A stretch of 64,000 bases of DNA from Armatimonadota bacterium (lineage in GTDB: Bacteria; Armatimonadota; Zipacnadia; Zipacnadales; UBA5352), in contig JBMNNW010000007.1 of NCBI GenBank assembly GCA_050942735.1, positions 13,086 through 77,085 on the forward strand, given 5' to 3'. How positions within the stretch are numbered: the first letter of the stretch is position 1; every line of letters begins with the position of its first letter. Of the stretch, positions 1 to 10,633 are shown in pieces. The notes below the pieces were generated by a model. That model was not told the origin of the DNA, made no database searches, and was given only the letters and a program-made list of their open reading frames with translations. A program made the translations under genes and the position numbers.

Positions 1-1
1 C

Positions 2-2065
2 CTCGACCGGCTCGTCGGCTACTCGCTCAGCCCGGTGCTGTGGAAGAAGATCGGCGGCGGGCGGCCCGATTCAGGGCTTTCGGCGGGCAGGGTGCAGTCG
101 GTTGCGCTGCGGCTGATCACCGATCGTGAGCGCGAGCGGGCGGCCTTCGACCCCGAGGAATGGTGGTCGATCACCGCGCTGCTGCAGCCCGAGGGCAGCG
201 AGCAGTTCGAGGCGGACCTGAAGACGATCGACGGTGAGGACGCGGAGCTTGGGACCGAGGAGCAGGTCACGCCGCTGGTCGAGGAGCTTCGCGAGGCGAG
301 CTACGTGGTCGCGGAGATCGAGGAGAAGGAGCAGCAGCGGAACCCGAACCCTCCGTTCATCACCTCGACGCTGCAGCGAGCCGCCTCCAACCGCCTGCGC
401 TTCGCGGCGCGCAAGACCATGCGCATCGCCCAGCAGCTCTACGAAGGCGTGGAGATGGCCGACGGCAGCCACGGTCTGATCACGTACATGCGAACCGACT
501 CGACGAACGTGGCGGCCGAGGCGCGCAAACAGGCCGGGGAGTTCATCGCGCAGGAGTGGGGCAAGAAGTACGTCGGCCCCGGCGCGACGGGCAAGAAGGT
601 CAAGGGGGCGCAGGAGGCCCATGAGGCGATCCGGCCGACGTCGGTGCTGCGGACGCCCGAGAGCCTCGTGGATGTGCTGAGCAAGGACCAGATAGCGCTT
701 TACGAACTGATCTGGCGGCGCTTCGTGGCCTCGCAGATGGCTCCGGCGGTGGTGAACCAGACGGGCGTGAACATCTTGGCCGGCAGGATGGGCCTGCGCG
801 CGACCGGGCAGGTCGTCGTGTTCCCCGGCTGGTACGCCGCGATGCCCCGCGATGACGAGGACCGGTCGCTGCCGGAGCTGACCGAGGGCGAGGCGCTTGG
901 GCTGGTGGAGGTCACGCCCGAGCAGCACTTCACGCAGCCGCCGCCACGGTACACCGAGGCGTCGCTGGTGCGGGAGCTTGAGGCCAACGGCGTGGGCCGC
1001 CCGAGCACCTACGCGGACATCATCGACACGCTGACTCGCAGACGTTACGTGAGTACCGAGAAGCGGCAGTTCGTGCCAACGCCGCTTGGGCTGTCGGTTT
1101 CGGACTACCTCGTGGACAACTTCCCGGAGATCATGGACATCGAGTTCACCGCGCACATCGAGGAGGACCTCGACACGGTCGAGCGCGGCGAGCGCGACTG
1201 GCGGGAGGTGCTGCGGGAGTTCTACGAGCCATTCGGCAGTGAGATCGAGGCCGCGGAGACGGCAGAACCGGAGGTCCTGGAGGACAGGACCTGCGAGAAG
1301 TGCGGCGGCCGAATGCTGGTGAAGTACTCAAAGCGCGGCAAGTTCGCGGGCTGTGAGAACTATCCGGACTGCACCTTCACGATCGATCTGTCGGGCGATG
1401 TGCTGGAGCGGCCGCCGGTGGAGGAGACGGAGTTTGAGTGCCCCGAGTGCGGCAAGAACCTGCTGCTGCGGATGGGCCGCCGGGGCCGCTTCTTCGGCTG
1501 CAGCGGCTACCCGGAGTGCGAGTACACCGCGGATGTCGGCCCTGAGGGAGAGCCGAAGGAGCGCGCTCGGCCGATGGAGACGTCCGAAAGCTGCCCCGAG
1601 TGCGAGGACGGCGTGCTGCTGGTTCGCGAGGGGCGGCGCGGGAAGTTCCTCGGCTGCTCGAACTACCCGGGCTGCAGGTACACCCGCGACTACAGCGATG
1701 AGGAGGTCGTTGGAGAGGCATCCGCGGAGCTGGCGAGCCCCACCGGAGAGGGCGGTGGCAACGCCGTGCCGGTGACGTGCAGCAAGTGCGGCGCGCCGAT
1801 GTCGGTCCGCACCGGAGGCCGCGGGAAGTTCCTCGGCTGCACCAACTACCCCGAGTGCAAGGGCACGCGGCCGATCAGCGACGCGATCGCCGCGGGGTGG
1901 GAGCCGCCGGCGCCGAAGAAGCTGGACGAGGAGTGCCCCGAGTGCGGGAAGGACCTCGTAGTCCGGGAGGGGCGACGTGGAAAGTTCGTCGGCTGCAGCG
2001 GCTACCCCAAGTGCCGCTACACGCGCGACTATCAGGAAGCCGAGGAGGGCGCGGAGGCTGAGTGA
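2..2065 (+). CDS. topA: DNA topoisomerase I (type IA), 5' partial, with five C-terminal C4 zinc ribbons
   Basis: Frame is open from the window edge (LDRLVGYSLSP). Motifs SAGRVQS, ITYMRTDS (catalytic Tyr), AQEAHEAIRPT and GVGRPSTY; five CxxC..C(S/T/E)xYPxC repeats. Confidence 0.97.
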   Translation, partial: LDRLVGYSLSPVLWKKIGGGRPDSGLSAGRVQSVALRLITDRERERAAFDPEEWWSITALLQPEGSEQFEADLKTIDGEDAELGTEEQVTPLVEELREASYVVAEIEEKEQQRNPNPPFITSTLQRAASNRLRFAARKTMRIAQQLYEGVEMADGSHGLITYMRTDSTNVAAEARKQAGEFIAQEWGKKYVGPGATGKKVKGAQEAHEAIRPTSVLRTPESLVDVLSKDQIALYELIWRRFVASQMAPAVVNQTGVNILAGRMGLRATGQVVVFPGWYAAMPRDDEDRSLPELTEGEALGLVEVTPEQHFTQPPPRYTEASLVRELEANGVGRPSTYADIIDTLTRRRYVSTEKRQFVPTPLGLSVSDYLVDNFPEIMDIEFTAHIEEDLDTVERGERDWREVLREFYEPFGSEIEAAETAEPEVLEDRTCEKCGGRMLVKYSKRGKFAGCENYPDCTFTIDLSGDVLERPPVEETEFECPECGKNLLLRMGRRGRFFGCSGYPECEYTADVGPEGEPKERARPMETSESCPECEDGVLLVREGRRGKFLGCSNYPGCRYTRDYSDEEVVGEASAELASPTGEGGGNAVPVTCSKCGAPMSVRTGGRGKFLGCTNYPECKGTRPISDAIAAGWEPPAPKKLDEECPECGKDLVVREGRRGKFVGCSGYPKCRYTRDYQEAEEGAEAE

Positions 2066-4436
2066 GACCATCGCTCCCCGCCATGAGCGCGTGCCCGGCA
2101 GCATCCTGGCGGGCGTCTTCCTCGTGGCCCTCGCCGGGCTGATCTTCGAGGTCGCGTTGACGCGCGCGTTCAGCGTGCTGCTGCGCTATCACTTCGTCTT
2201 CCTCGCGATCTTGGCCGCCACGTGCGGCCTCGGCGTGGGCGGCCTTGTCGACTTCCTGTGGCTGCGGCGCCGGAAGATCGACGACCGCGCGATCCTCAGT
2301 CTCCTCGCGGCGGCGCTCGCGGTGACCTTCGTCGGCGCCGTCGCACTGCTCTTCTCCAACCCGATGGCCCCCTACCTCACCTCGCTGGCCGTCGTGGGCG
2401 GCGTGTGCATCGTCCCGTTCATCTGCGCCGGCGCGTTCCTCAGCCACGCATTCGCCATCTGGTCGCACCAGGGCGGGCGGATGTACTTCTTCGACCTCAC
2501 CGGCGCGGCGCTCGGAAGTTGCGCGGTGATCATCGCCCTGCAGCTCCTCGGCGCGACGGGCGTTCCTTTCTTCTGCGCGGCGCTGGCGGCGCTCGCCGCG
2601 GTCGTCGTGGCCGACAGGACATCGCTGCGCGCCCTGGGAGGCGTGCTGACGATCGTGGCGGTGGTCGGGGTGGCTCTGAGCGTCTCACAGCCGCTGATCA
2701 ACCTCCCGCGCGTCCCGCCCGAGCTTGGCAACGACGCCAAGCCGCTCTTCAAGGAGCTGGCCGACCCGAACATCGAGGCCAAAATCGTCTACACCGACTG
2801 GAACGCCTTCGCCAGGACAGACGTGGTCGCCTACGCGCGCCCCGACGGCACCTACGAGCCCACAGACGACCTCTACGTCTACACCGACGGCGAGGTGCCG
2901 ACGAATCTGATCCACTTCGAGGGCGATCTCGATGTCGTCGCCGAGAGGTACCGCACCTTCATCGGCTTCTTCCCCTTCCTCACCGCCCGCCCCGACAGCG
3001 TGCTGCTGATCGGCCCGGGAGCAGGCCTTGATGTGCTGCTCGCCCTGGCCGTCGGCGCGAGTGAGATTGAGGGTGCGGAGTTGAACCCGTCGATGCTGCC
3101 GATTGTGCGACGCTACCGCGACTTCAGCGGCCCGCTCTACGACTACGAGAACGTCAGCGTCGCCGTCGCCGAGGGCCGCAGCTACGTGCGCCGCGCGGAC
3201 AGGAAGTACGACCTGATCTACATGGCGCTGACCAAGAGCGCGACCACCGCGTCGAGCAGCCTCGCGCTGGTGGAGAGCTACGTGCACACGATCGAGGGCT
3301 TCGAAGACTACCTCGCGCACCTCACCGACGAGGGGCAGGTCGCGGTCGTCTGCCAGCACCCGCTCGTGCAGGCGCGGCTGGTGCTCACCGGGATCGCGGC
3401 GCTGCAGCGCGAGGGAATGTCGCTTCAGGAGGCGCTTGCGCACGTCACGATGATCAGCGTGCCCCGGCGGCTCTACCCGCTCGGGCCCTACCGGCACCTC
3501 GTGGCCATCTCGCGTTCGCCGCTGACCGCGGAGCGCTCGGCGGAGCTGACCCGCAGCGCGATCGCGCTGGGGTTTGAGCCGGTCTTCATGCCCAACGCGC
3601 GAGAGGTGCCGCCTTACGGCTGGCTGACCCACAGCGAGGGGCTCGAGCAGTTCGCGGAACGCTTCGACACATGGTGGGGCGCCGGCGACGTGGACGTGCT
3701 GCCGGTCGGCGACGACCGCCCCTTCGTGATCGACTTCCACCCGGGAATCCCCGCGCACATGGCGAACTTCGTCTGGGGCGTCGCGCTGGTGGTGCTGCTC
3801 TTCTCACTGGGGACGATCGTCGTGCTCGCACGCTCCGGCGCGGGCAGGCCTGCTCCGCTGAGTGCGGCGGTCCTGTACTTCGCGCTGCTGGGCGCGGGCT
3901 TTATGCTCGTGGAGGTGTGCCTGGCGCAAAAGCTGATCCTCTATCTCGGCTACCCGGCGCTGACGCTGTCGGTGATCCTCTTCGCGCTGCTCATCGGCGG
4001 GGGCGCCGGGAGCCTCTTCAGCCAGTCGTGGCCGGAGAGCAGGATGCTCAAGCGTTCCGCGGTGGCGGCGCTGGCGGTCAGTGTGGCGGTCGTCGTACTC
4101 GTGTTCGTGCTGCGGCCGATGCTCGATGCCACGCTCGGGTGGTCGATCGGTCTGCGGGCGGCGGTCACGATGGCGTTGCTCGTGCCGCTGGGTTTCGCGA
4201 TGGGCATCCCCTTCCCAACCGGGCTGCGTGAGGTCGGGCGGTGGAAGGGCGACATCGTTCCGTGGGCGTGGGGCGTCAACGGCGTCGTCTCGGTGCTCGG
4301 GTCGGTGATCGCGATGCTCGCCGGGAAGCTGTGGGGATTTCAGACGGTTTTGCTCGGGGGAGCCGCCATCTACGCACTGGTCTTCGCACTGACGGCGGCG
4401 GCCCACGCCCGCTCGGACTGGCTCGGCAGGTCATGA
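2058..4436 (+). CDS. Polytopic membrane protein with central spermidine-synthase-like class I SAM-binding domain
   Basis: About 7 N-terminal and 7 C-terminal TM helices; VLLIGPGAGLD motif, ELNP, EGRSYVRR, YDLIY, and C-terminal GIPFPTGL/WAWGVNG. Start uncertain (CTG 2058 overlapping the topA stop, or GTG 2091). Confidence 0.8.
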   Translation: MSETIAPRHERVPGSILAGVFLVALAGLIFEVALTRAFSVLLRYHFVFLAILAATCGLGVGGLVDFLWLRRRKIDDRAILSLLAAALAVTFVGAVALLFSNPMAPYLTSLAVVGGVCIVPFICAGAFLSHAFAIWSHQGGRMYFFDLTGAALGSCAVIIALQLLGATGVPFFCAALAALAAVVVADRTSLRALGGVLTIVAVVGVALSVSQPLINLPRVPPELGNDAKPLFKELADPNIEAKIVYTDWNAFARTDVVAYARPDGTYEPTDDLYVYTDGEVPTNLIHFEGDLDVVAERYRTFIGFFPFLTARPDSVLLIGPGAGLDVLLALAVGASEIEGAELNPSMLPIVRRYRDFSGPLYDYENVSVAVAEGRSYVRRADRKYDLIYMALTKSATTASSSLALVESYVHTIEGFEDYLAHLTDEGQVAVVCQHPLVQARLVLTGIAALQREGMSLQEALAHVTMISVPRRLYPLGPYRHLVAISRSPLTAERSAELTRSAIALGFEPVFMPNAREVPPYGWLTHSEGLEQFAERFDTWWGAGDVDVLPVGDDRPFVIDFHPGIPAHMANFVWGVALVVLLFSLGTIVVLARSGAGRPAPLSAAVLYFALLGAGFMLVEVCLAQKLILYLGYPALTLSVILFALLIGGGAGSLFSQSWPESRMLKRSAVAALAVSVAVVVLVFVLRPMLDATLGWSIGLRAAVTMALLVPLGFAMGIPFPTGLREVGRWKGDIVPWAWGVNGVVSVLGSVIAMLAGKLWGFQTVLLGGAAIYALVFALTAAAHARSDWLGRS

Positions 4437-4530
4437 GCGTCCGGCGACGAATCTGAGGGACGACAATCAACCGGGGGCCGCCGTCCCCCCGCGCAATCAT
4501 ACATCGGCGTGATCAAAGGGACATACTGCC

Positions 4531-5112
4531 ATGGCTCGAACCACCAGGCTTGAGATACGCAACGAACGCACCAGCACCGTCATTGAACACGTCAACGCGG
4601 AGATCGAGCGCTGGGTGAAGAACAGGCTCGTTGAACTGAAGGCCACTCACCGCACTCGAGCCGCCGCGGAGGGCGCGTACGACAGGGTCATCCGCAGCCG
4701 CAAGTGGCTGGTGGTTCCCAGGCACAGTGAGGAGGAGCGCTTCTTCCTCAGACAGATGCTGCTCTACCTGATCGCGCTCAAGCCCGGCCTGCAGGCGCGG
4801 GCGAACGAGGTGGCCAGCTACCTGTCGACCAACTACCCCTATGAGTGGGTGCAGTCGGACGTAACGAGGCTCGCGATCGCTCGCGCCCGCGATATGATCC
4901 TCTCCTCCGCCGAGTCGGAGTTCGGGGAGACGCCGATGTCCGGTCCGCTCGGCTTCGTCTACCACCACCACAATACGCTGAAGGTCCGCAACGTCTCGCA
5001 CTACGGGGAGTGCTACGCACTCGCGGCGAACCTCGTCCGCCAGCGCCACTTCCTCAACCAGGACCAGCCGTGGCGCGAGAAGCTCGGCCTTCACCGCCTG
5101 CATGCGACCTGA
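4531..5112 (+). CDS. Hypothetical soluble protein (193 aa)
   Basis: Fills the gap between genes with typical codon usage; AAGGGA upstream; no recognised motif. Confidence 0.7.
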   Translation: MARTTRLEIRNERTSTVIEHVNAEIERWVKNRLVELKATHRTRAAAEGAYDRVIRSRKWLVVPRHSEEERFFLRQMLLYLIALKPGLQARANEVASYLSTNYPYEWVQSDVTRLAIARARDMILSSAESEFGETPMSGPLGFVYHHHNTLKVRNVSHYGECYALAANLVRQRHFLNQDQPWREKLGLHRLHAT

Positions 5113-5123
5113 CCGGCCGGCGG

Positions 5124-6047
5124 CTACCCGTCGGCGGCGGCCGATCGGATCGCGGCGGCGATCACGTCGATGCTGCGTTGCAGCGCCCCCTCCGCGTCGG
5201 CCTCTTCCAGCTCGAAGGTCATCAGCCCCTCGTAGTCGGCTTCGAATAGAAGCGCGAAGACCGCCGCGTAGTCGATGATCCCCGTCCCGCACTCCCGGTG
5301 GTCGCGCACACCCTCCGCCTGCACGTCGTGAAGGTGCATGTGAAAGACCCGATCGCCGAGCGATCGCAGGTGGCGAACCAGCAGCGCATTGTATGCCCCG
5401 GCGATCGCATCGGGCCGGCGGTCATCGTCGCTGAGCAGCGCGCGCAGGTGGCCCACGTCCACGTTCGCCCCGACGGCAGGATGTGCGATCTCATGCACAA
5501 GCTGCGCGAACTCGTCGATCTCCGGCGGATAGCCCGTCTCGATCGTCACCGTCACGCCCGCGCCTGCCGCCACCTCGCCCAGCTCGTGGTAGAAGGCGAT
5601 GACGTCGGCGCGGAAGTCGCTCAGCGGGCGGCTTACCCGCGGGATCACGTGCGTCGTGACCGTCGCCGCTCCGATCTCCCCCGCGACCTCGAGCGTCCGC
5701 CGCAACTGCGATCGCGAGGCCTCTCGGGTGGCCGGGTTCGGCGCGAAAGGAACCACGTCCCAGAAGGGCGCGTGGACGGCGACGCGGTCGAAGCCCGAGA
5801 CGCTGCGCGCGAGCCCCTCCCGCTCGGGTGCCCCGAGCCGGTCGAAGAAGCGTCCGGCCAACTCCCCGGCGGTGTGCCGGTAGCCCTCGAATGCCAGCAG
5901 CTCGACGCAGCGCAGGCCCAGCGCGGCGCCCACGCCCAGGGCCTCATCGAGGGAGCGATCGGGCAGCGAGGCAGTGTTGTAGCCGATGCGGGCGATCATC
6001 TCGTCGGCGCGGCTTTGCATGGTGGGCCGGTCGCTCCCTGTGCGCAT
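5124..6047 (-). CDS. Sugar phosphate isomerase/epimerase (AP-endonuclease-2 TIM barrel)
   Basis: Metal ligand motifs IETG, VDVGH, HMHLHD, DH..GTG.IDY and TFELE. True start may be slightly downstream. Confidence 0.88.
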   Translation of the reverse strand: MRTGSDRPTMQSRADEMIARIGYNTASLPDRSLDEALGVGAALGLRCVELLAFEGYRHTAGELAGRFFDRLGAPEREGLARSVSGFDRVAVHAPFWDVVPFAPNPATREASRSQLRRTLEVAGEIGAATVTTHVIPRVSRPLSDFRADVIAFYHELGEVAAGAGVTVTIETGYPPEIDEFAQLVHEIAHPAVGANVDVGHLRALLSDDDRRPDAIAGAYNALLVRHLRSLGDRVFHMHLHDVQAEGVRDHRECGTGIIDYAAVFALLFEADYEGLMTFELEEADAEGALQRSIDVIAAAIRSAAADG

Positions 6048-6811
6048 CAGAGTCGCTCGAGCAGGAACGTTCGGGTGGCCGCGATGACGTGACTCTCCAG
6101 CGCGACCGTGGAGTAGGTGTGATCGGCGCCCTCAACCAGCAGCAATTGGGCATCGTCGGCTCGGATGGCGTCCATGTACCGGTGCGCGTGCTCGACCGGG
6201 ACCGCCTCATCGGCGTCACCGTGAACGACGAGCACGGGCCCGGAGTACCGCGCGATCTCCGCCAGCGGATCGACGCGCAGCGCGTCCCGCAGGAAGGCGG
6301 CGCCGATCTCGTGCGCGCCGCGCTCGTAGTACTCGCGCCCGCCCTCGACGCCCGGCTCAGTCGGCATCTCCCAGCGCTGGCGGATCAGCTCGCCCATCTC
6401 CGCGACCGCCGACCACAGCACCAGCGCGCGCACCTGGCTGTCGCGGGCCACGGCGCAGGCCGCGACGAGGCCGCCGAGGCTCAGGCCCAGCAGGCCGACC
6501 CGCTGTGGGTCCACGCTCGGCTCGGCGCGCATGACCTCCAGCGCGGCGCGCGCGTCCTCGATCTCCCGGCTGATGGTCATCTCGCGGAAGCTCCCCCCAC
6601 TCTCCCCTGAGCCGCGGAAGTCGAAACGCAGGACACCGACGCCGGCCTCACAGAGCGCGCGGGCGGCCTTGACGAAGAGGAAATGCGCCTCCATCCGCTG
6701 CCCGGTGAAGCCGTGGCACATCACAAGCCCCGGGGCGGGAGTGCGCGTGGGGATGTGAATGCTCGCAGCGATCCGCTCGCCGCCGACCTCGAACTCCCGG
6801 AACTGCTCCAT
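6047..6811 (-). CDS. Alpha/beta hydrolase
   Basis: CHGFTG, RFDFRGSGES, nucleophile elbow GLSLG, HGDADEAVP, GADH. Confidence 0.93.
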   Translation of the reverse strand: MEQFREFEVGGERIAASIHIPTRTPAPGLVMCHGFTGQRMEAHFLFVKAARALCEAGVGVLRFDFRGSGESGGSFREMTISREIEDARAALEVMRAEPSVDPQRVGLLGLSLGGLVAACAVARDSQVRALVLWSAVAEMGELIRQRWEMPTEPGVEGGREYYERGAHEIGAAFLRDALRVDPLAEIARYSGPVLVVHGDADEAVPVEHAHRYMDAIRADDAQLLLVEGADHTYSTVALESHVIAATRTFLLERL

Positions 6812-6832
6812 CAGATCGCCTCCTGCGTGCTC

Positions 6833-7324
6833 TCAGACCTCGGGATGCTCGACCGCGGCGTCATCGGGCGGTTGCTCATCCTCATCGCGCTCCAGCTCCT
6901 CAAGCTCCTCCCGCAGCTCGACGCGGAGCGCCTCGCGATCCGCCCTGCGCATGGTGCCGATGGCCGCGCCCACCGCGGAGAGGGTGATGCCGATCATCAG
7001 CGGCACGCGCATCTGCGCGGAGCCTATGTCATAGAGGTAGAAAAACAGCTCCAGGATCCCCCATGTGAGCAGCGCCCCGAGCACCGCCGCGGCGATCCCC
7101 CGCCTGCCCTGCCTGCGCCCGAGCGCGTTGCCGATGGCGAGCGCCAGCAGCCCGTAGAGCGCGCTGAGAAACCAGAATGCCGCCAGGATCGTGGTCATGT
7201 CCACGGTCATGCCGACGAACATCGCCAGCATGATGAACCATCCGCCGAAGCTGGCCGCCGCCAGCAGGGCGAATGTCGCCTGCAGCATCCCGCGTATCAG
7301 TGCCCGGTCAGCGGGCGAAAGCAT
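6833..7324 (-). CDS. Hypothetical membrane protein (4 TM, acidic tail)
   Basis: Four hydrophobic segments; lies in the holB-hydrolase run. Confidence 0.75.
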   Translation of the reverse strand: MLSPADRALIRGMLQATFALLAAASFGGWFIMLAMFVGMTVDMTTILAAFWFLSALYGLLALAIGNALGRRQGRRGIAAAVLGALLTWGILELFFYLYDIGSAQMRVPLMIGITLSAVGAAIGTMRRADREALRVELREELEELERDEDEQPPDDAAVEHPEV

Positions 7325-7370
7325 CGGTTGGCCACCTGCATCTCTCCCCCCGGGCTACCCGTGGTCCGGT

Positions 7371-8618
<1,248 letters not shown>

Positions 8619-8923
8619 TGCCCTGGTTGTTTCGCAGCGCGCGTCCGCGGCACCTGCATGACGGGGGTCTGTATCGAGAGTTTCAGAAAGAGATGGCAGC
8701 AACTGCATTGCGTCGCGCAGGTGCTGTTCTCCCTTCGTCCCGCCCCGACACTGCGTCGTCTGCAGCATCGAGGGCGGTATGTCCAGTCGTCTGGAGGGGC
8801 CGGTCTCCGTCCCGGCCCGTGTCGTTCACTGTCGGTCAGAAGTCAGGAGGGGATGGGCCTGCCGTTGCGGTATGTCCAGTCGCTGGGGTTGACGGTGCAG
8901 GCCGCCGACAATCCCGCCGTCGT

Positions 8924-9147
8924 TGTAGGGCGGGGACCTGTGCCCCGCCGGGTCGTTGTCCGGCCGTTCGTCGTTAGGGCGTGGGCCGGGGTGGAACCTC
9001 AGGTCCCGCTCGCTGCGCTCACGGGACCTGACCGCGCCGCGGCCCCTCCACGCTGGGGTTGACTTTGCGGGCCGAGGACCCGTGCCCCGCCGCGGTCGGT
9101 TGCTGCGTCGCGGTGAAGGCGGGCGGGGCACAGGTCCCCGCCCTACA
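8924..9147. repeat. REP-like inverted pair (TGTAGGGCGGGGACCTGTGCCCCGCC) with a degenerate internal copy
   Basis: Perfect 26-bp inverted copies at 8924-8949 and 9122-9147, each a GTAG followed by a GC palindrome; degenerate copy at 9069-9092. Confidence 0.75.
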
Positions 9148-9284
9148 GACGGCGTCGCTCGTAGCACCCTCCCTGCCCCCCCGCACATGAGGCATTCGGC
9201 AAACGTGGCCGCTTCGCAGGTCGTCGCTGCGTGGCCGCCTCCCGCCGACGGAGGAACCGACGCGGCGACGTCTGCAGCGTCGAG

Positions 9285-9490
9285 GGAGAGGAGGGCCGGG
9301 GGGATCAGGCCCGGCCTCCCGCCGCCGAGCGCGAGGCGATCCTTAGTCGCTGATGCGAACCCTGCATGACGACCGAAGAGCTGCGCGGTTTCGCGGCTCG
9401 TACATGGGGGACCGGGGCGGCTGGGGGGGACCGCCCCGGCGTGTCTGGAGGCTGCGAAGTCGGTGTGGGGGAGGTGTGACTTCGAGCCGT
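9285..9490 (-). ncRNA. Candidate small RNA with three hairpins bearing C-rich (UCCC) loops
   Basis: Stems at 9455-9484, 9412-9439 and 9294-9316; minus-strand loops contain CUCCCCC, UCCCCCCC and UCCC; TATCAT -10 at 9501-9496. Confidence 0.4.
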
Positions 9491-9511
9491 GAGTTATGAT
9501 AGCGCCACCGG

Positions 9512-9550
9512 GTTAAGCGGCAGTTAAGCCCGCGTTAAGCCCACGTTAAA
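9512..9550. promoter_or_regulatory. Four GTTAA(G/A) direct repeats at exact 11-bp period (putative winged-helix regulator site)
   Basis: GTTAAG at 9512, 9523 and 9534; GTTAAA at 9545. Confidence 0.65.
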
Positions 9551-9577
9551 GCGATGCCCGGGCGCTTAAGCGGCTCC

Positions 9578-10633
9578 TCACGGGCGCTTCCGCCCGCCCG
9601 GCCCCTCACCCACCCGGCGGCCGATCGACGCGAGGAACTCGCGCAGGCTCTCCGCGCACGCGGCCGCGGTCTCGTTATACCCCGCCTTGCCCGGGTATAT
9701 CCGGTACATCTCGCGGTAGCGCGACGGCGTGAGGTTCGGCATGATGACGTTCGCACCGCGCTCGAGGCCAAGCTGGCGTCCGGACCGCCTGTTGATCGTC
9801 GCAAGCGCCGTGGTTGACGGGAGGTTCGCGTCGGGGCGAACGATCCGCGTAAGCGCGACGACTTTGTACGCCATCGTCTCGTCCGGCGCAACCTGCTCGC
9901 CCTCGGGAAGCTCCGGCGGCTCCAGCCCCCCGCAGCCAAGCGGCGCGTCGGGGTTCGAGATGTAAGGCCCCACGCCGATCATGTCGAGGTCCATCGCGCG
10001 GAAGAGGTCGATGTCCCGCGCGAGTATCGCGTAGCTCTGCCCAGGAATGCCGATCATCACCCCGCCGCCTGCCTCGTAGCCCAGTTCCTGCAACCAGCGA
10101 AGGCGCTCGACGCGGTCGGGCTCACCGGGCCGCAGCGGCGGGTGGATCAGCGCGTAGAGCGCCGGGTCGGATGTCTCAAAGCGCAGCAGGTAGCGGTCCG
10201 CGCCCGCCTCCCGCCACGCGACGAGGTCCTCCCGCGGGCGCTCGCCGAGGCTCAGTGTCACCGCCAGCGGGGTCTGACGCTTGATCTCGCGGATGAGGTC
10301 GGCGACCCACTCGCGGGTCAGCCCGTAGTCCTCGCCCGCCTGCATCACGACACTGCCCCAGCCCAGTTCGGCGGCCTGCCGCGCGGCGGCGAGCACCTCG
10401 TCGGCGCTGAGCCGGTAGCGCGGCAGCGAGGCGTTCTCAGCCCGCAGGCCGCAGTACGTGCATAACCGCGCGCAGTGGTTGGAGACTTCCACGAGGCCGC
10501 GGATGTGCACCTCGTCGCCCACATGCTCACGGCGCGTCTCATCGGCCACGCGCCACAGCTCGGCGAGGCGGTCGGGGTCATCCTCGAGCAGCCACGCCTC
10601 GATCTCCGCGACGGTCATGTCCTCACCGAGCAT
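9578..10633 (-). CDS. hydE: [FeFe]-hydrogenase maturase HydE (radical SAM)
   Basis: CARLCTYC, YLLRFET, NLPSTTA, GANVIMPNLTP, YRIYPGK; adjacent to hydF and hydG. Alternative start 10618. Confidence 0.95.
   Translation of the reverse strand: MLGEDMTVAEIEAWLLEDDPDRLAELWRVADETRREHVGDEVHIRGLVEVSNHCARLCTYCGLRAENASLPRYRLSADEVLAAARQAAELGWGSVVMQAGEDYGLTREWVADLIREIKRQTPLAVTLSLGERPREDLVAWREAGADRYLLRFETSDPALYALIHPPLRPGEPDRVERLRWLQELGYEAGGGVMIGIPGQSYAILARDIDLFRAMDLDMIGVGPYISNPDAPLGCGGLEPPELPEGEQVAPDETMAYKVVALTRIVRPDANLPSTTALATINRRSGRQLGLERGANVIMPNLTPSRYREMYRIYPGKAGYNETAAACAESLREFLASIGRRVGEGPGGRKRP

Noticed and set aside
8770-9550. CRISPR array
   Set aside because: Repeats are inverted or only duplicated, with no regular repeat-spacer period and no cas genes.
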